Shown: positions 17,138 through 27,022, counted from the first letter of the stretch. The stretch is DNA of 64,000 nt from Candidatus Aminicenantales bacterium (GCA_049512315.1 JBEKXF010000006.1:1-64000); one strand, 5' to 3'. Numbers and translations: made by a program. The notes: generated by a model from the sequence alone, not told the origin.

Positions 17138-18781
17138 ATGGACGGACGGTTGATGATCCGGAACGAACGCCTGGAAACCCCGGAGAAGCTCGTTTCCGGG
17201 AACCCCGCCACCCTCGAGCCCGTCGGCGAAGCGAGCCTGGCCTCCCGGGCCCTCGGCGAAGAGGCCGTCCGGGCGGCGAAGGAGGCCTATCCTGTCTGGC
17301 GGGATATGCCCGCGGCCGAGAAACGGCGGATCCTCAGGCGCGCGGAATCCGTCCTCGAGCGCCGGAGCGGCGAGGCGGCCAGGCTTATCACCATGGAAAA
17401 AGGGTCCCCGTATCCCGAATCCCTGGCGGTCGAGGTCTACGGCGCCCTCGAAGCGCTCAATTATTACGCCGGCAACCAGGGGCGGCTCCTCCGGCCGGTA
17501 GCCGCGAGACACCACGTCCCCCTTTTCCATCATAAGAAGAGCGCGTTCCACTTCCATCCGCTGGGCCCGACGCTCATCATCTCACCCTGGAACTTTCCCT
17601 TCCTCATCCCCTTCTGTGACGTCCTGAGCGCCCTGACGGCCGGGAACACGGTCGTCCTCCGGCCATCGACGACGACACCGCTCGTCGCCCTCCTTATCGG
17701 CGAGATCTTCATCGAGGCCGGTCTGCCGCCGGGCGTCCTCAACGTCGTCGTCTGCCGCGTGCCCCAGGCCGAAGCCATGATCGTCCATCCCGGTATCCAG
17801 ACCGTGATGTTCACGGGGAGCGTGGAGGTCGGCAAGCGGATCATGGAGCTCGCCAGCCGGAACCTGACCAACCTGACCCTCGAGCTCGGCGGCAAGGACC
17901 CCATGATCGTCCTCAAGGACGCCGACCTCGAGAGGGCCGCCCGCGGGGCCGTCTGGACGTCCTTCATGAACTGCGGCCAGAGCTGCGGCTCCATCGAGCG
18001 GGTTTACGTGGCCAAAGAGGTCGCCGAAAAATTCACGGCCAGGGTCATCGATCTCGCGAGGCAGGTCAAGGTCGGAGATCCGCTGGAGCCCGGGGTGGAC
18101 ATGGGCCCGATGGCCAGCGCGGCGCAACTCAAGATCGTCGAGGAGCACATCGCCGACGCCCGGGCCAAAGGCGCCGCCGTCCCGGTCGGAGGGTCGAGGA
18201 TCGCGTCCCTCCCCGGCTATTTCATCGAACCCACGGTTCTCACCGGCGTCGACCACACGATGAAGGTCATGACCGAGGAGACGTTCGGCCCGACGCTGCC
18301 CATCATGGCCTTCGACCGTCCGGAGGAGGCCATGGCCCTGGCCAATGACAGTCTCTATGGACTGACGGCCTCGGTCTGGACGCGGAGCCGGAAGCAGGCC
18401 GAATGGTTCGCCGAGCGGCTCGAGGCCGGATCCGTCACCGTCAACGACCATATGTATTCCTTTGTCGAGCCCCGGGCCATCTGGGGCGGCATCAAGCAGA
18501 CGGGCATGGGGCGATCCCACGGCCCCTTCGGCCTCCAGGAGCTGGTCAACATCAAGTACGTGAGCCTGGACTTCCTCGGAAAGAAGTCTCAGACCTGGTG
18601 GTTCCCCTACGACCGGGGCCTGGAGCACATCCTCGAAAAGACGATCACCGTCTATCATGGGGAGAGCCTGCGGCGGAGGCTCGGGGCGGTTTTCTCGCTC
18701 TGTTCCGGGCTCGCGCGCATCCTGCGGACGAGCTCGGCGATGAACTACGTTAAAAGCCTGCCCAGGATTTTCAAGAGGTGA
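17138..18781 (+). CDS. Aldehyde dehydrogenase
   Basis: SPWNFP, FTGS, LELGGKDP, NCGQSC (catalytic Cys), EETFGP. Confidence 0.93.
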   Translation: MDGRLMIRNERLETPEKLVSGNPATLEPVGEASLASRALGEEAVRAAKEAYPVWRDMPAAEKRRILRRAESVLERRSGEAARLITMEKGSPYPESLAVEVYGALEALNYYAGNQGRLLRPVAARHHVPLFHHKKSAFHFHPLGPTLIISPWNFPFLIPFCDVLSALTAGNTVVLRPSTTTPLVALLIGEIFIEAGLPPGVLNVVVCRVPQAEAMIVHPGIQTVMFTGSVEVGKRIMELASRNLTNLTLELGGKDPMIVLKDADLERAARGAVWTSFMNCGQSCGSIERVYVAKEVAEKFTARVIDLARQVKVGDPLEPGVDMGPMASAAQLKIVEEHIADARAKGAAVPVGGSRIASLPGYFIEPTVLTGVDHTMKVMTEETFGPTLPIMAFDRPEEAMALANDSLYGLTASVWTRSRKQAEWFAERLEAGSVTVNDHMYSFVEPRAIWGGIKQTGMGRSHGPFGLQELVNIKYVSLDFLGKKSQTWWFPYDRGLEHILEKTITVYHGESLRRRLGAVFSLCSGLARILRTSSAMNYVKSLPRIFKR

Positions 18782-19317
18782 AAACACGGCCGCAGCTCAT
18801 CGGTCTCACCGGGACCAACGGGGCCGGCAAGGGAGAGGCCGCGGCCTTTTTCATGGTCCGAGGCTACGCCTATGCTTCGCTCTCGGACATCCTCCGCGAG
18901 GAGCTTCGGGAACGCGGCCTGGAGGTCACGCGGGACAGCCTGATCAGGATCGGGAACGAGCTCCGGGAAAGATTCGGGCCCGACGTCCTCGCCCGGCGGA
19001 CGATGGCGAAGGTGGCCGGGCCGACGGTCATCGACAGCATCCGGAACGCCCGGGAGGTCGCCACCTTGAGGGCCCATGGCGATTTCGTCCTGCTCGCCTT
19101 GGACGCGCCCATCGAGGTCCGGTTCGGCCGTGTCGCGGCCCGGGGCCGGAACGAGTCCGCGGCGACGCTCGCCGACTTCCGGAAAAAAGAGGACGAAGAA
19201 TGGTCCGGCGGCGAGTCAGCGCAGCAACTCTCGGCCTGCATGGCCGCCGCCGACCATCTCATCTGGAACGACGGGACGATCGAAGACCTGCACCGGAAAC
19301 TGGAGGAGCTGTTATGA
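18778..19317 (+). CDS. P-loop nucleotide-kinase-like protein (dephospho-CoA kinase/AAA_17-like)
   Basis: IGLTGTNGAGKG Walker A, IDSIRN..E, AD..I.NDGT; overlaps both neighbours. Confidence 0.75.
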   Translation: MKTRPQLIGLTGTNGAGKGEAAAFFMVRGYAYASLSDILREELRERGLEVTRDSLIRIGNELRERFGPDVLARRTMAKVAGPTVIDSIRNAREVATLRAHGDFVLLALDAPIEVRFGRVAARGRNESAATLADFRKKEDEEWSGGESAQQLSACMAAADHLIWNDGTIEDLHRKLEELL

Positions 19318-19832
19318 CGCCCAAACGCACATCCAAGGACCTTTATTACCTCGGCATCGCGAAAGAGGTGGCCAACCGGAGCACCTGCTTCCGCCGGGCC
19401 ATCGGGGCCATCATCGTCCGTGACGACCAGATCATCTCCACGGGGTACGTCGGTGCGCCCCGCAAGACCAAGGACAGCCTCGAGCACGGCTTCTGCCTCC
19501 GGGACAAGCTGGGCATCCCCCACGGCCAGCGGTACGAACTCTGCCGGAGCGTCCACGCCGAGCAGAACGCCATCATCAACGCCGCCCGGGCCGGGGTCAG
19601 CCTCCTCGGCGGGGACATATACATCTACGGGAGTGCGCCCGGCGTCGATACGCCGATCGACGCCTTCCCCTGCTATATCTGCAAGAAAATGATCATCAAC
19701 TCCGGCCTCAACCGGGTCGTCTGCTCGACCGAGGACGGCCAGACCAGAATTTTCCGTATCGAGGAGTGGATCCGGGACTGGCAGGAGCACGACATCCTCG
19801 ACGACGAACATCAGTACGGGAAAAAATCATGA
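19314..19832 (+). CDS. dCMP deaminase / ComEB-like
   Basis: RSTC..R.IGA, VHAEQNAI and PCYICKK zinc motifs. Confidence 0.9.
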   Translation: MTPKRTSKDLYYLGIAKEVANRSTCFRRAIGAIIVRDDQIISTGYVGAPRKTKDSLEHGFCLRDKLGIPHGQRYELCRSVHAEQNAIINAARAGVSLLGGDIYIYGSAPGVDTPIDAFPCYICKKMIINSGLNRVVCSTEDGQTRIFRIEEWIRDWQEHDILDDEHQYGKKS

Positions 19833-22048
19833 CGGCCAGGGGCGCGGCGGGGAGCGGCCTCCTCGTTCTGATGACGCTTGTTCTCCTCCTTTCCTTTCCA
19901 GGATCAACAGCCGCGCCCGTCCCCTCGGCCAAACATCCGGTGCAGGCCGGCCCGAGGCAGCAAACGCCGAGCCAACAAGGGGCGGCGGAGCTCCTGAAGC
20001 TTCTGGAGATTGAGCCGTCGCCCGAATCCGTCGACTATGTCCGGAACAAGACCCAATTCCAGCTCCACACTTTGCTCACAGAGCAGCGCCATCCGAAAAC
20101 GTGGGACCTGAGCGAACGGATCCAGAAGGATACGCTCGCCGGGCTCCGGATGCTGTCGGCGGTCGACGATGATATCCGAACGAAGCTCGAGGCCATGGCG
20201 GCTGATACGGAGGCCCTCGACCAGGCCGCGGCGGCCGTCGAGGCGGCGGTCCTGGCGAAGAGAAAAGTTTATGTTTATGGGTGCGGGGCCACGGGCCGGC
20301 TGGCCAAGCAGATGGAGAGCTCCTTCTGGCGCCCCTTCTGGCGGAAGGTCAGGACGGACGGCAAGATCTGGCCCAAGCTCGCCGGAAGCCTGTCAGGGAC
20401 GATCGAGGACGAGCTCATCGGCGAGATGACCGGCGCGGACCGGGCCCTCATCAGCTCCCTGGAGGGTTTCGAGGACCTCCAGCTCATCGGGCGCCTCCAG
20501 CTCGCGGACCGCGGGATCGCCAAGGGGGACGTCGTCATCTGCGTGACCGAGGGCGGAGAGACCTCCTCGGTCATCGGCACCATCCTGGGGGCCCACGAGC
20601 AGTGGACGGCGACGCCGGGATACGACCCGCAGGCCAGCCGGAAAAACCTCTATTTCGTCTACAACAACCCGGACGAAAAGCTCATTCCCTTCGAGAGGAG
20701 CCGGAAGGTCCTGGAAGAGCCCGGGATCACGAAGATCAACCTGACGACCGGGCCGCAGGCCATCACCGGTTCGACGCGGATGCAGGCCACGACGATCGAG
20801 ACGTACGTCGTCGGGACCGTCCTCGAGGCCGCGGCGGCGGGGGTGCTGCGGCGGTTCCTCTCGCCCGGGGAGATGGCCGGGCTGGGGTTCGGGGGACCGT
20901 TCGAGATCGGGGCGAAACTCAAGCAGTTCGCCGCAATCCTGGAGGCGGCGCGAGCGGCGATGCCCGATGTCGTAAGGCTCACGGACATCGAGACCAAGAC
21001 TTATGGCGACGGCCGTTTCTCCACTTATTTCGCGCAAAAAGGCCTGATCACAGTTTTTATCGACAGCACGGAGCGAAGCCCCACCTTCCGGCTCTATCCG
21101 CTCGACACCATCAATGAGCCACGGCGGAAATGCTGGATCCAGGTCTGGACGGGGGCGGAGACGCTCCGGGACGCCTGGCGGGCTTTCCTGGGAAGGCCGT
21201 TCCGGGGCCTCGCCGCGGAGTCTTACCGGGCTCCCTTCGAAGAGGAGATCGGCGACCCTTACCTCCGGCGGGCGGCCCTCGAGAGCCTGAAAAAGGCGGG
21301 GGACGACCAGCAGGACCTCTATGATTTCGCGTTCTCGGCGTCGAACCGGGAAAGCCGGGGGCCGAAGTCCGGCGACCTGGGAGTCCTCGTCGCCCTTTCG
21401 TCCGAGGTGATGGAATTCCAAAACAAAGGGTCCTATTTCCGGCGCTTCATGGACCTCTTTGGCGGGGACGGAATGAATTTGGCCGTCCTTCTTGTCACGG
21501 ACGGGGACTCCAAGAAGGCGGCCGCGGGGCTCGAAGAGCAGGTCCGGCGGGCTTACAAGGCCAAGCCGGACGCTCTCCGCGTCGTCCTCGTCCTCGTCCC
21601 GGCGTCCGCGGCCGGCGACCCTTTCGGCCTGAACGAGCAGGCCGCGGTCAAGATGATTCTCAACGCCCACTCGACGGCGGTCATGGCCAAGCTCGGCAAG
21701 GTCATCGGGAACACCATGACCAACGTCAGCCCGTCGAACCTCAAGCTCATCGGCCGCGCGACCTTCCTCATCCAGTCCCATGTCAATGACGTTCTGGGGC
21801 AGCCGTCAGGGGCCAAGGCCTCCGGCCGGCGGGAGCCTGTTTCGTACGGAGAGGCCAACGCGGTCCTGTTCGATTCGATCGCCTATCTCACGGACAAGCA
21901 GGAAGAAGCCGGCCAGACGGCCGAGGTCGCCTTCTCCATCATCCGGATCCTGGAATCGCTGAAGCAGCGACGGGCGATCAGCCACGACGAGGCGCTGGAG
22001 ATCGTCAGAACCACGGGTCTCGCCGCGTATCTGGCCGGCGCCAAGTAA
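19829..22048 (+). CDS. Large SIS-domain protein, MurQ/glucokinase-regulator-like, with N-terminal signal-like segment
   Basis: LLTEQRHPKT, YGCGATGRLA, EGFED, TGPQAITGSTRM and GKVIGNTMTNVSPSNLKL resemble MurQ motifs, with a long insertion. Confidence 0.7.
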   Translation: MTARGAAGSGLLVLMTLVLLLSFPGSTAAPVPSAKHPVQAGPRQQTPSQQGAAELLKLLEIEPSPESVDYVRNKTQFQLHTLLTEQRHPKTWDLSERIQKDTLAGLRMLSAVDDDIRTKLEAMAADTEALDQAAAAVEAAVLAKRKVYVYGCGATGRLAKQMESSFWRPFWRKVRTDGKIWPKLAGSLSGTIEDELIGEMTGADRALISSLEGFEDLQLIGRLQLADRGIAKGDVVICVTEGGETSSVIGTILGAHEQWTATPGYDPQASRKNLYFVYNNPDEKLIPFERSRKVLEEPGITKINLTTGPQAITGSTRMQATTIETYVVGTVLEAAAAGVLRRFLSPGEMAGLGFGGPFEIGAKLKQFAAILEAARAAMPDVVRLTDIETKTYGDGRFSTYFAQKGLITVFIDSTERSPTFRLYPLDTINEPRRKCWIQVWTGAETLRDAWRAFLGRPFRGLAAESYRAPFEEEIGDPYLRRAALESLKKAGDDQQDLYDFAFSASNRESRGPKSGDLGVLVALSSEVMEFQNKGSYFRRFMDLFGGDGMNLAVLLVTDGDSKKAAAGLEEQVRRAYKAKPDALRVVLVLVPASAAGDPFGLNEQAAVKMILNAHSTAVMAKLGKVIGNTMTNVSPSNLKLIGRATFLIQSHVNDVLGQPSGAKASGRREPVSYGEANAVLFDSIAYLTDKQEEAGQTAEVAFSIIRILESLKQRRAISHDEALEIVRTTGLAAYLAGAK

Positions 22049-22052
22049 AGTA

Positions 22053-22095
22053 GGGGTCAAATCTTCATTCTTGCACCTTTTTGAGACCTGACCCC
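22053..22095. repeat. REP-like left terminal repeat of the RAYT element
   Basis: GGGGTCAAATCTTCATTCTTGCACCTTTTTGAGACCTGACCCC; an inverted copy lies at 23259-23301. Confidence 0.88.
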
Positions 22096-22229
22096 AGGTT
22101 ATCTCTAATATTATCCGCCTGTTAACAAATCTTCCTCTTCAATTTTAACCTACGCCATATTCGCCTCCGAGAAACAGGACCGTTTTAAGCGTCCCCTTCT
22201 TTATGGGAAGCAAGCCCGGAGGATCGCCA

Positions 22230-23170
22230 ATGGCCCGGCAGCTGAGAATCGAGTATCCCGGGGCGTTCTACCATGTCACCTCCAGGGGGAATCAAAAGCA
22301 GCCGATCTTCCTCCAGGATGATGACCGCAGATATTTCCTTTCGCGGCTCGACGAAACTCACGAAAAAAAGGATGCCGTCATCCATGCCTATTGTCTTATG
22401 GAAAACCACTATCATCTAATTCTCGAGACACCTCGAGGCAATCTTTCAAAAATCATGCACTCCATCAATACGGCCTACACCATCTATTTCAACGGACGCC
22501 ACTCAAGATGCGGGCATCTGTTCCAGTGTTCCAGGGGCGTTTCAAAGCAATTCTTGTGGACGCCCAAACATACATGCAGGAGTTGTCCCGATACATCCAC
22601 CTGAATCCCGTCATCGCCGGGATCGTCCCAGCACCCGAGCGGTATCCTTGGTCAAGCTATCGGGATTTGCTAGGCCTCAGGGAACCGCCGCGCTGGTTAC
22701 AGGCGACATTCATCCTTCGCTTTTTCGGAGGACATCCCGATGCGGCCAGGAAACGTTTTGCCGACTTCGTCGTCGAGGGGATGAAGCAAGCGGTCCAAGA
22801 TCCGACCCTGAAGGCGGATCCCTCCTCAATTCTCGGCAGTGAAGGCTTCGTAGCTCGCATCAAGCGAACCTGCCTGGCCGATAAAGCCGTGGATTTCGAA
22901 GTCCCCGACCTGCGCCGCCTCAAGCTGAGGCCGAAATTGCGGCGGATTCAAAGCGAGGCGGAGAAAATGCTTGGCCCGAAAAACAGGTTTTCCAGAAACC
23001 TGGCGATCTTTCTCAGCCATAAGTGCACGGATTTTACCCTCAAAGAAATCGGCGATCATTTTGGACTGAGCGCGTCCTCAATATCTCAGATTTGCAGCAG
23101 AATGAAAACAGACGTCTCGTGGAACGGTGTCCTGGCGATGGCCGTTGATGAGATCGAATCGAAACTCTAG
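22230..23170 (+). pseudogene. REP-associated tyrosine (Y1 HUH) transposase with C-terminal HTH, frameshifted
   Basis: MARQLRIEYPGAFYHVTSRGN, HUH motif NHYHL and YIHLNP. The GHLFQ/GRFK motif is split by a TGTTCCAG tandem duplication at 22519-22534. Confidence 0.9.
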
Positions 23171-23258
23171 CCCGTCTTGTTGACGCCCCCACATGAAGCC
23201 TCAGACGAATTCTGCAAGCTGAGAGAATGCAACTGATTGCTAAATATAGTTTTAACCG

Positions 23259-23301
23259 GGGGCCAGGTCTATGGAAGGTGCAAGAATGATGATTTGACCC
23301 C
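23259..23301. repeat. REP-like right terminal repeat of the RAYT element
   Basis: Reverse complement is GGGGTCAAATCATCATTCTTGCACCTTCCATAGACCTGGCCCC. Confidence 0.88.
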
Positions 23302-23308
23302 GTCTTGA

Positions 23309-24418
23309 TTACGTCAGGGGCGGGCCGTCGAGTCCGTAGCACGGCGGGGAAGCCGACCGCGGCTTCCGCTTGGCCTTCGCCTTGGCCTGCGGGTAGACGA
23401 AGAGCTCGCCGGCGTAGTTCCGCATCACGACCTGCTCGTCGTTGATCGACTGGACGTAGTTCGGAATGAGGGGGATCTTCCCGCCGCCTCCCGGCGCGTC
23501 GATGCAGTAATACGGAACGGCCATGCCCGACGTCCAGCCTCTCAGGGCGTCCATGATCTCGAGCCCCTTCTCGACGGTCGTCCGGAGGTGCTCCGTCCCG
23601 CTCACGTAGTCCGCCTGGTAGATGTAATACGGCCGGACGCGGGCCGCGAGGAGCTTCTGCATCAGCCGCTTCATTGTCTGCGGATCGTCGTTGACGCCCT
23701 TGAGGAGGACGGTCTGGTTCCCGAGCGGGATACCCGCGTCGGCCAGCATGGCGAGGGCCTTCGTCGCTTCCGGCGTGATCTCGTCGGGATGGTTGAAGTG
23801 GACGTTGACATAGAGCGGGTGGTACTTCCTGAACATCGTCACGAGCTTTTCAGTGATCCGCTGCGGCAGGACGCACGGCACGCGGGTCCCGATGCGGATG
23901 ATCTCGACGTGGGGGATGGCCCGGACGGCCTTGAGGATGTTCTCGATCTTCCGGTCGCTGAGCATGAGCGGGTCGCCGCCCGAGATGATGACGTCCCGGA
24001 CCTCCGGGTGGGTCCGGATATACTCAATCCCGGCTTCGATGTAGCGCGGATGGATCTTCGACGGGTCCCCGACCTTCCTCTTCCTTGTGCAGAACCGGCA
24101 GTAAGAGGCGCAGCTGTGCGAGACGAGGAACAGGACCCGGTCGGGATAGCGGTGGACGATCCCGGGCACCGGCGAATCCTCGTCCTCGAGCAGGGGGTCC
24201 GCCTCCCCGGTGTTCTCCTTGAGCTCGGCCGGGTCGGGGACCATCTGACGCCACATGGCGTCTCCCCTCTCCTTGATCAAGCTGGCGTAATGGGGAGTGA
24301 TCTGGATCTTGAACACGCGGGCGATCCGCTTGACCTCTTCCAGATCGAGTCCGAAAACGCGGGCGATCTCCTCAGGCTTCCTGAGACTGCCCTGAAGCAA
24401 ACGCTGCCAGTCGTCCAT
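23309..24418 (-). CDS. kamA: KamA family radical SAM aminomutase (lysine 2,3-aminomutase-like)
   Basis: HRYPDRVL, CASYCRFCTRKR, SGGDPL, DAPGGGGKIP (PLP lysine). Confidence 0.9.
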   Translation of the reverse strand: MDDWQRLLQGSLRKPEEIARVFGLDLEEVKRIARVFKIQITPHYASLIKERGDAMWRQMVPDPAELKENTGEADPLLEDEDSPVPGIVHRYPDRVLFLVSHSCASYCRFCTRKRKVGDPSKIHPRYIEAGIEYIRTHPEVRDVIISGGDPLMLSDRKIENILKAVRAIPHVEIIRIGTRVPCVLPQRITEKLVTMFRKYHPLYVNVHFNHPDEITPEATKALAMLADAGIPLGNQTVLLKGVNDDPQTMKRLMQKLLAARVRPYYIYQADYVSGTEHLRTTVEKGLEIMDALRGWTSGMAVPYYCIDAPGGGGKIPLIPNYVQSINDEQVVMRNYAGELFVYPQAKAKAKRKPRSASPPCYGLDGPPLT

Positions 24419-24436
24419 CTCCTCAAGACTCCTTGC

Positions 24437-24910
24437 TCACCGGAAATATTTCGCGTAGATGACGCGATCGTCGCCCGCTTTGTAATAATCGGGAATCCGA
24501 GCGACTTCCTTGTAGTCCAGGTTGATATAGAACTGCCGCGTGGGGTGGTAGCTGGTCTGCGACGAGGTCTCGATGATGATCATCCGGCCGCCGACCTTCC
24601 GGACTTCGGCCTCGAGCCACCGGACGAGCGCCTTCCCGTGCCCCTTCCCCTGCTCCGCCGGCGAAACCGCCATCCAGTACAGGTCGTAGGCGTCTTCGGC
24701 GAGCGGGGTCGGCCCCCATGTTAAGTACCCGGCGACCCGCTTCCGCTCATTCTCGATGACGACGACGCGGTAATCCTTCTGTTCCGGGATGCCGAGATAG
24801 ATGTCGATGAGCTCCTCGGCCACGTCGACCTCGGCAGGCGTGAACATCCCCGTGGCCCGGATGAGGTCGAGGACCGGCATTTTATCTTGCGGCTGCAGGG
24901 GACGGATCAT
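24437..24910 (-). CDS. GNAT N-acetyltransferase
   Basis: LYWMAVSP..QGKGHGKAL acetyl-CoA motif; FY...Y. Confidence 0.9.
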   Translation of the reverse strand: MIRPLQPQDKMPVLDLIRATGMFTPAEVDVAEELIDIYLGIPEQKDYRVVVIENERKRVAGYLTWGPTPLAEDAYDLYWMAVSPAEQGKGHGKALVRWLEAEVRKVGGRMIIIETSSQTSYHPTRQFYINLDYKEVARIPDYYKAGDDRVIYAKYFR

Positions 24911-25916
24911 TCGTTTCTCTTCTCATCATGGCGTTCTGGAGCATCGTCTTCCAGAAGGCCGCGTATTCGATGCCCGCCGCCTTCAGGGCCCGGGCGTATC
25001 CGGCGTTGAGGCTGATGTCGGGGTTCGGGTTGACCTCGAGGATGAAGATCCGGCCCTTGGCGTCCATCCGGAAATCGACGCGGGCGTAATCCCGGCAGCC
25101 CATGGTCACGAACGCTTCGACCGCCGCGGCCTGGAGTTTCTGGCGAAGCTCGTCCTCAATGGGCGCGGGGCAGATCGGCGGCGTCTTCTGGTAGAGCGGA
25201 TGGTCTTCGAACCATTTCGCCTCGTAGCCGCAGATCTTGGGCATCCCCTTGGGCATCTGGGAAAAATCGATCTCGGAAACGGGCAGAGGCACGACCGAGG
25301 TGTTCTCCATCACCGAGACGTTGAACTCCCGGCCGTCAATGTACGGCTCGATGAGGGCCGGCTGATGGTAGTTCTCGAGCACGCGCTGGACCTGGCGGCG
25401 GAAGCTCTCCTCGTCGTGGACGACGGAGTCGGGGTAGATGCCGAGGCTCGCGTCCTCGGAATTCGGCTTGACGATGACCGGGAACTTGAGCTCGAGCGGC
25501 TGGCCGGCCGAGAGCATGAGCTGGGCCGACGCCGTCGGCAAGTTGCACGACCGGAGGATGGCCTTGGCCTTGTGCTTGTCCTGGCAGATGGCCAGCGTCT
25601 TCGCGTGGTTGCCGGTGAAGGCAATCCCCAGGAGTTCGAAGATGCCGGCGACGTTGGATTCCCACTGGGGCCGGCCGAAATAGCCCTCGCAGAGATTGAT
25701 GAGAACGTCGGGGTTCTCCTCTTTGACCCGGTTGAGGAAGTTGAGGAGGCTCCGCTGGAGCGGGATGAGGGTCGTCCTGTACCCCAGGGTCTTGACCGCC
25801 TCGTTGGCCTGCTGGGCCATCTCGGCCACGGACTCCTCGGACAGGCGCTCGCCCGGGCCCGTGGGTCTCGGTTCGAAGGCGTTGAAGACGATCCCGACGT
25901 GGGATGCAGGGTTCAT
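24882..25916 (-). CDS. D-Ala-D-Ala ligase-like ATP-grasp protein 2
   Basis: INLCEG, VIVKP.SEDASLGI, E.YIDGREF, RVDFR, EVNPNPD; lacks the GGxSxEH motif. Confidence 0.88.
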   Translation of the reverse strand: MNPASHVGIVFNAFEPRPTGPGERLSEESVAEMAQQANEAVKTLGYRTTLIPLQRSLLNFLNRVKEENPDVLINLCEGYFGRPQWESNVAGIFELLGIAFTGNHAKTLAICQDKHKAKAILRSCNLPTASAQLMLSAGQPLELKFPVIVKPNSEDASLGIYPDSVVHDEESFRRQVQRVLENYHQPALIEPYIDGREFNVSVMENTSVVPLPVSEIDFSQMPKGMPKICGYEAKWFEDHPLYQKTPPICPAPIEDELRQKLQAAAVEAFVTMGCRDYARVDFRMDAKGRIFILEVNPNPDISLNAGYARALKAAGIEYAAFWKTMLQNAMMRRETNDPSPAAAR

Positions 25917-27022
25917 GCTCGAGCTGCCTGGACCGCCGGCCTCTCGACGACCGTGGGCCGGACACGGGTCGTCCGGAGATCGCAGCGCTGCACGGCTTCA
26001 TCCACGACCCGGTGGATCAGGTCTGAATAGGAATACCCCGCCGTCCGGGCCGCCTTGGGAAGGCAGGAGTTGTCCTCGGGGTTCGGGAGGATGCCCGGCA
26101 GGGGGTTGACCTCAAGGATGTTGGGCTCCCCTTTCTCGTCGAGCCGGACGTCGATCCGGCACCAATCCCGGATGCGGAGGACGGCGCAGGTCCTGGTGAC
26201 GATCGTCTCGATCTTCCTTTTCAGGTCCGCGGACGTCTCGGCGGGGCACTTGAAGATATCGAGAGGCTTCGCGGGCGTGTCCCAGATCCACTTGGCTTCG
26301 TACGAATAGATCGGCGCCGCGCCGGCGGGGAGCTGGCCGTGGTCGATCTCGACAATGGGCAGGATCTCGTGGTTCGGATAGTTCCCGACGACACCGACGG
26401 TGAACTCCCGCCCGCCGATGAACCGCTCGACGATCGCGGGCTGCTTGTAGAGAGCCATGACCTCGTTGACGCGCTCATGGAGCTCCGCGGCCGTCCGGAC
26501 CAGGGAGTTGTTCTTGATGCCCTTGCTCGAGCCTTCGAAGAGCGGCTTGACGATCGCCGGGAGCCGGATGCCGCTTGGCATATCCCCGGGCGATTCGATG
26601 ATCCAGAACGGGGGGTTCGGGATCCGGTGGCAGGATAGGATCTCCTTGGCCCGCGATTTGTCGAGGCAGATGCCGAGGGTCAGCGGGTCCGAGCCCGTGT
26701 AGGGGATGTTCAGCATTTCGCAGACCGTGGGGATGTGCGACTCGCGGTTCGGCCCGAAAAGCCGCTCGGAGATGTTGAACACGAGGTGGGGCTTGAGCCG
26801 CTTCAAGCGGGCATAGGCCTTCTCGTCGGACTCGATGCGGAAGACCTGATATCGTTCCTGGAGGACCTGCTCAACGGCGGAGATGGTCTCGTCGGAATCG
26901 CATTCCGCGAGCAGGTCAGGTGGCGGTGGAGGCTCGTCCTCCTCGTCCCATCGTTCGTCGGGGCGACGAAAGAGCGTCGCTTCCATTCCCGATTTCGAGC
27001 TGCAAAGCAAAGCTACTTTCAT
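25913..27022 (-). CDS. D-Ala-D-Ala ligase-like ATP-grasp protein 1
   Basis: IPYTGSDP, IVKP.FEGSSKGI, GREFTVG, RIDVR, EVNPLPG. Confidence 0.88.
   Translation of the reverse strand: MKVALLCSSKSGMEATLFRRPDERWDEEDEPPPPPDLLAECDSDETISAVEQVLQERYQVFRIESDEKAYARLKRLKPHLVFNISERLFGPNRESHIPTVCEMLNIPYTGSDPLTLGICLDKSRAKEILSCHRIPNPPFWIIESPGDMPSGIRLPAIVKPLFEGSSKGIKNNSLVRTAAELHERVNEVMALYKQPAIVERFIGGREFTVGVVGNYPNHEILPIVEIDHGQLPAGAAPIYSYEAKWIWDTPAKPLDIFKCPAETSADLKRKIETIVTRTCAVLRIRDWCRIDVRLDEKGEPNILEVNPLPGILPNPEDNSCLPKAARTAGYSYSDLIHRVVDEAVQRCDLRTTRVRPTVVERPAVQAARA

Noticed and set aside
22391..22604. Programmed frameshift in the RAYT gene
   Set aside because: There is no slippery heptamer; the 8-bp duplication fully explains the break.
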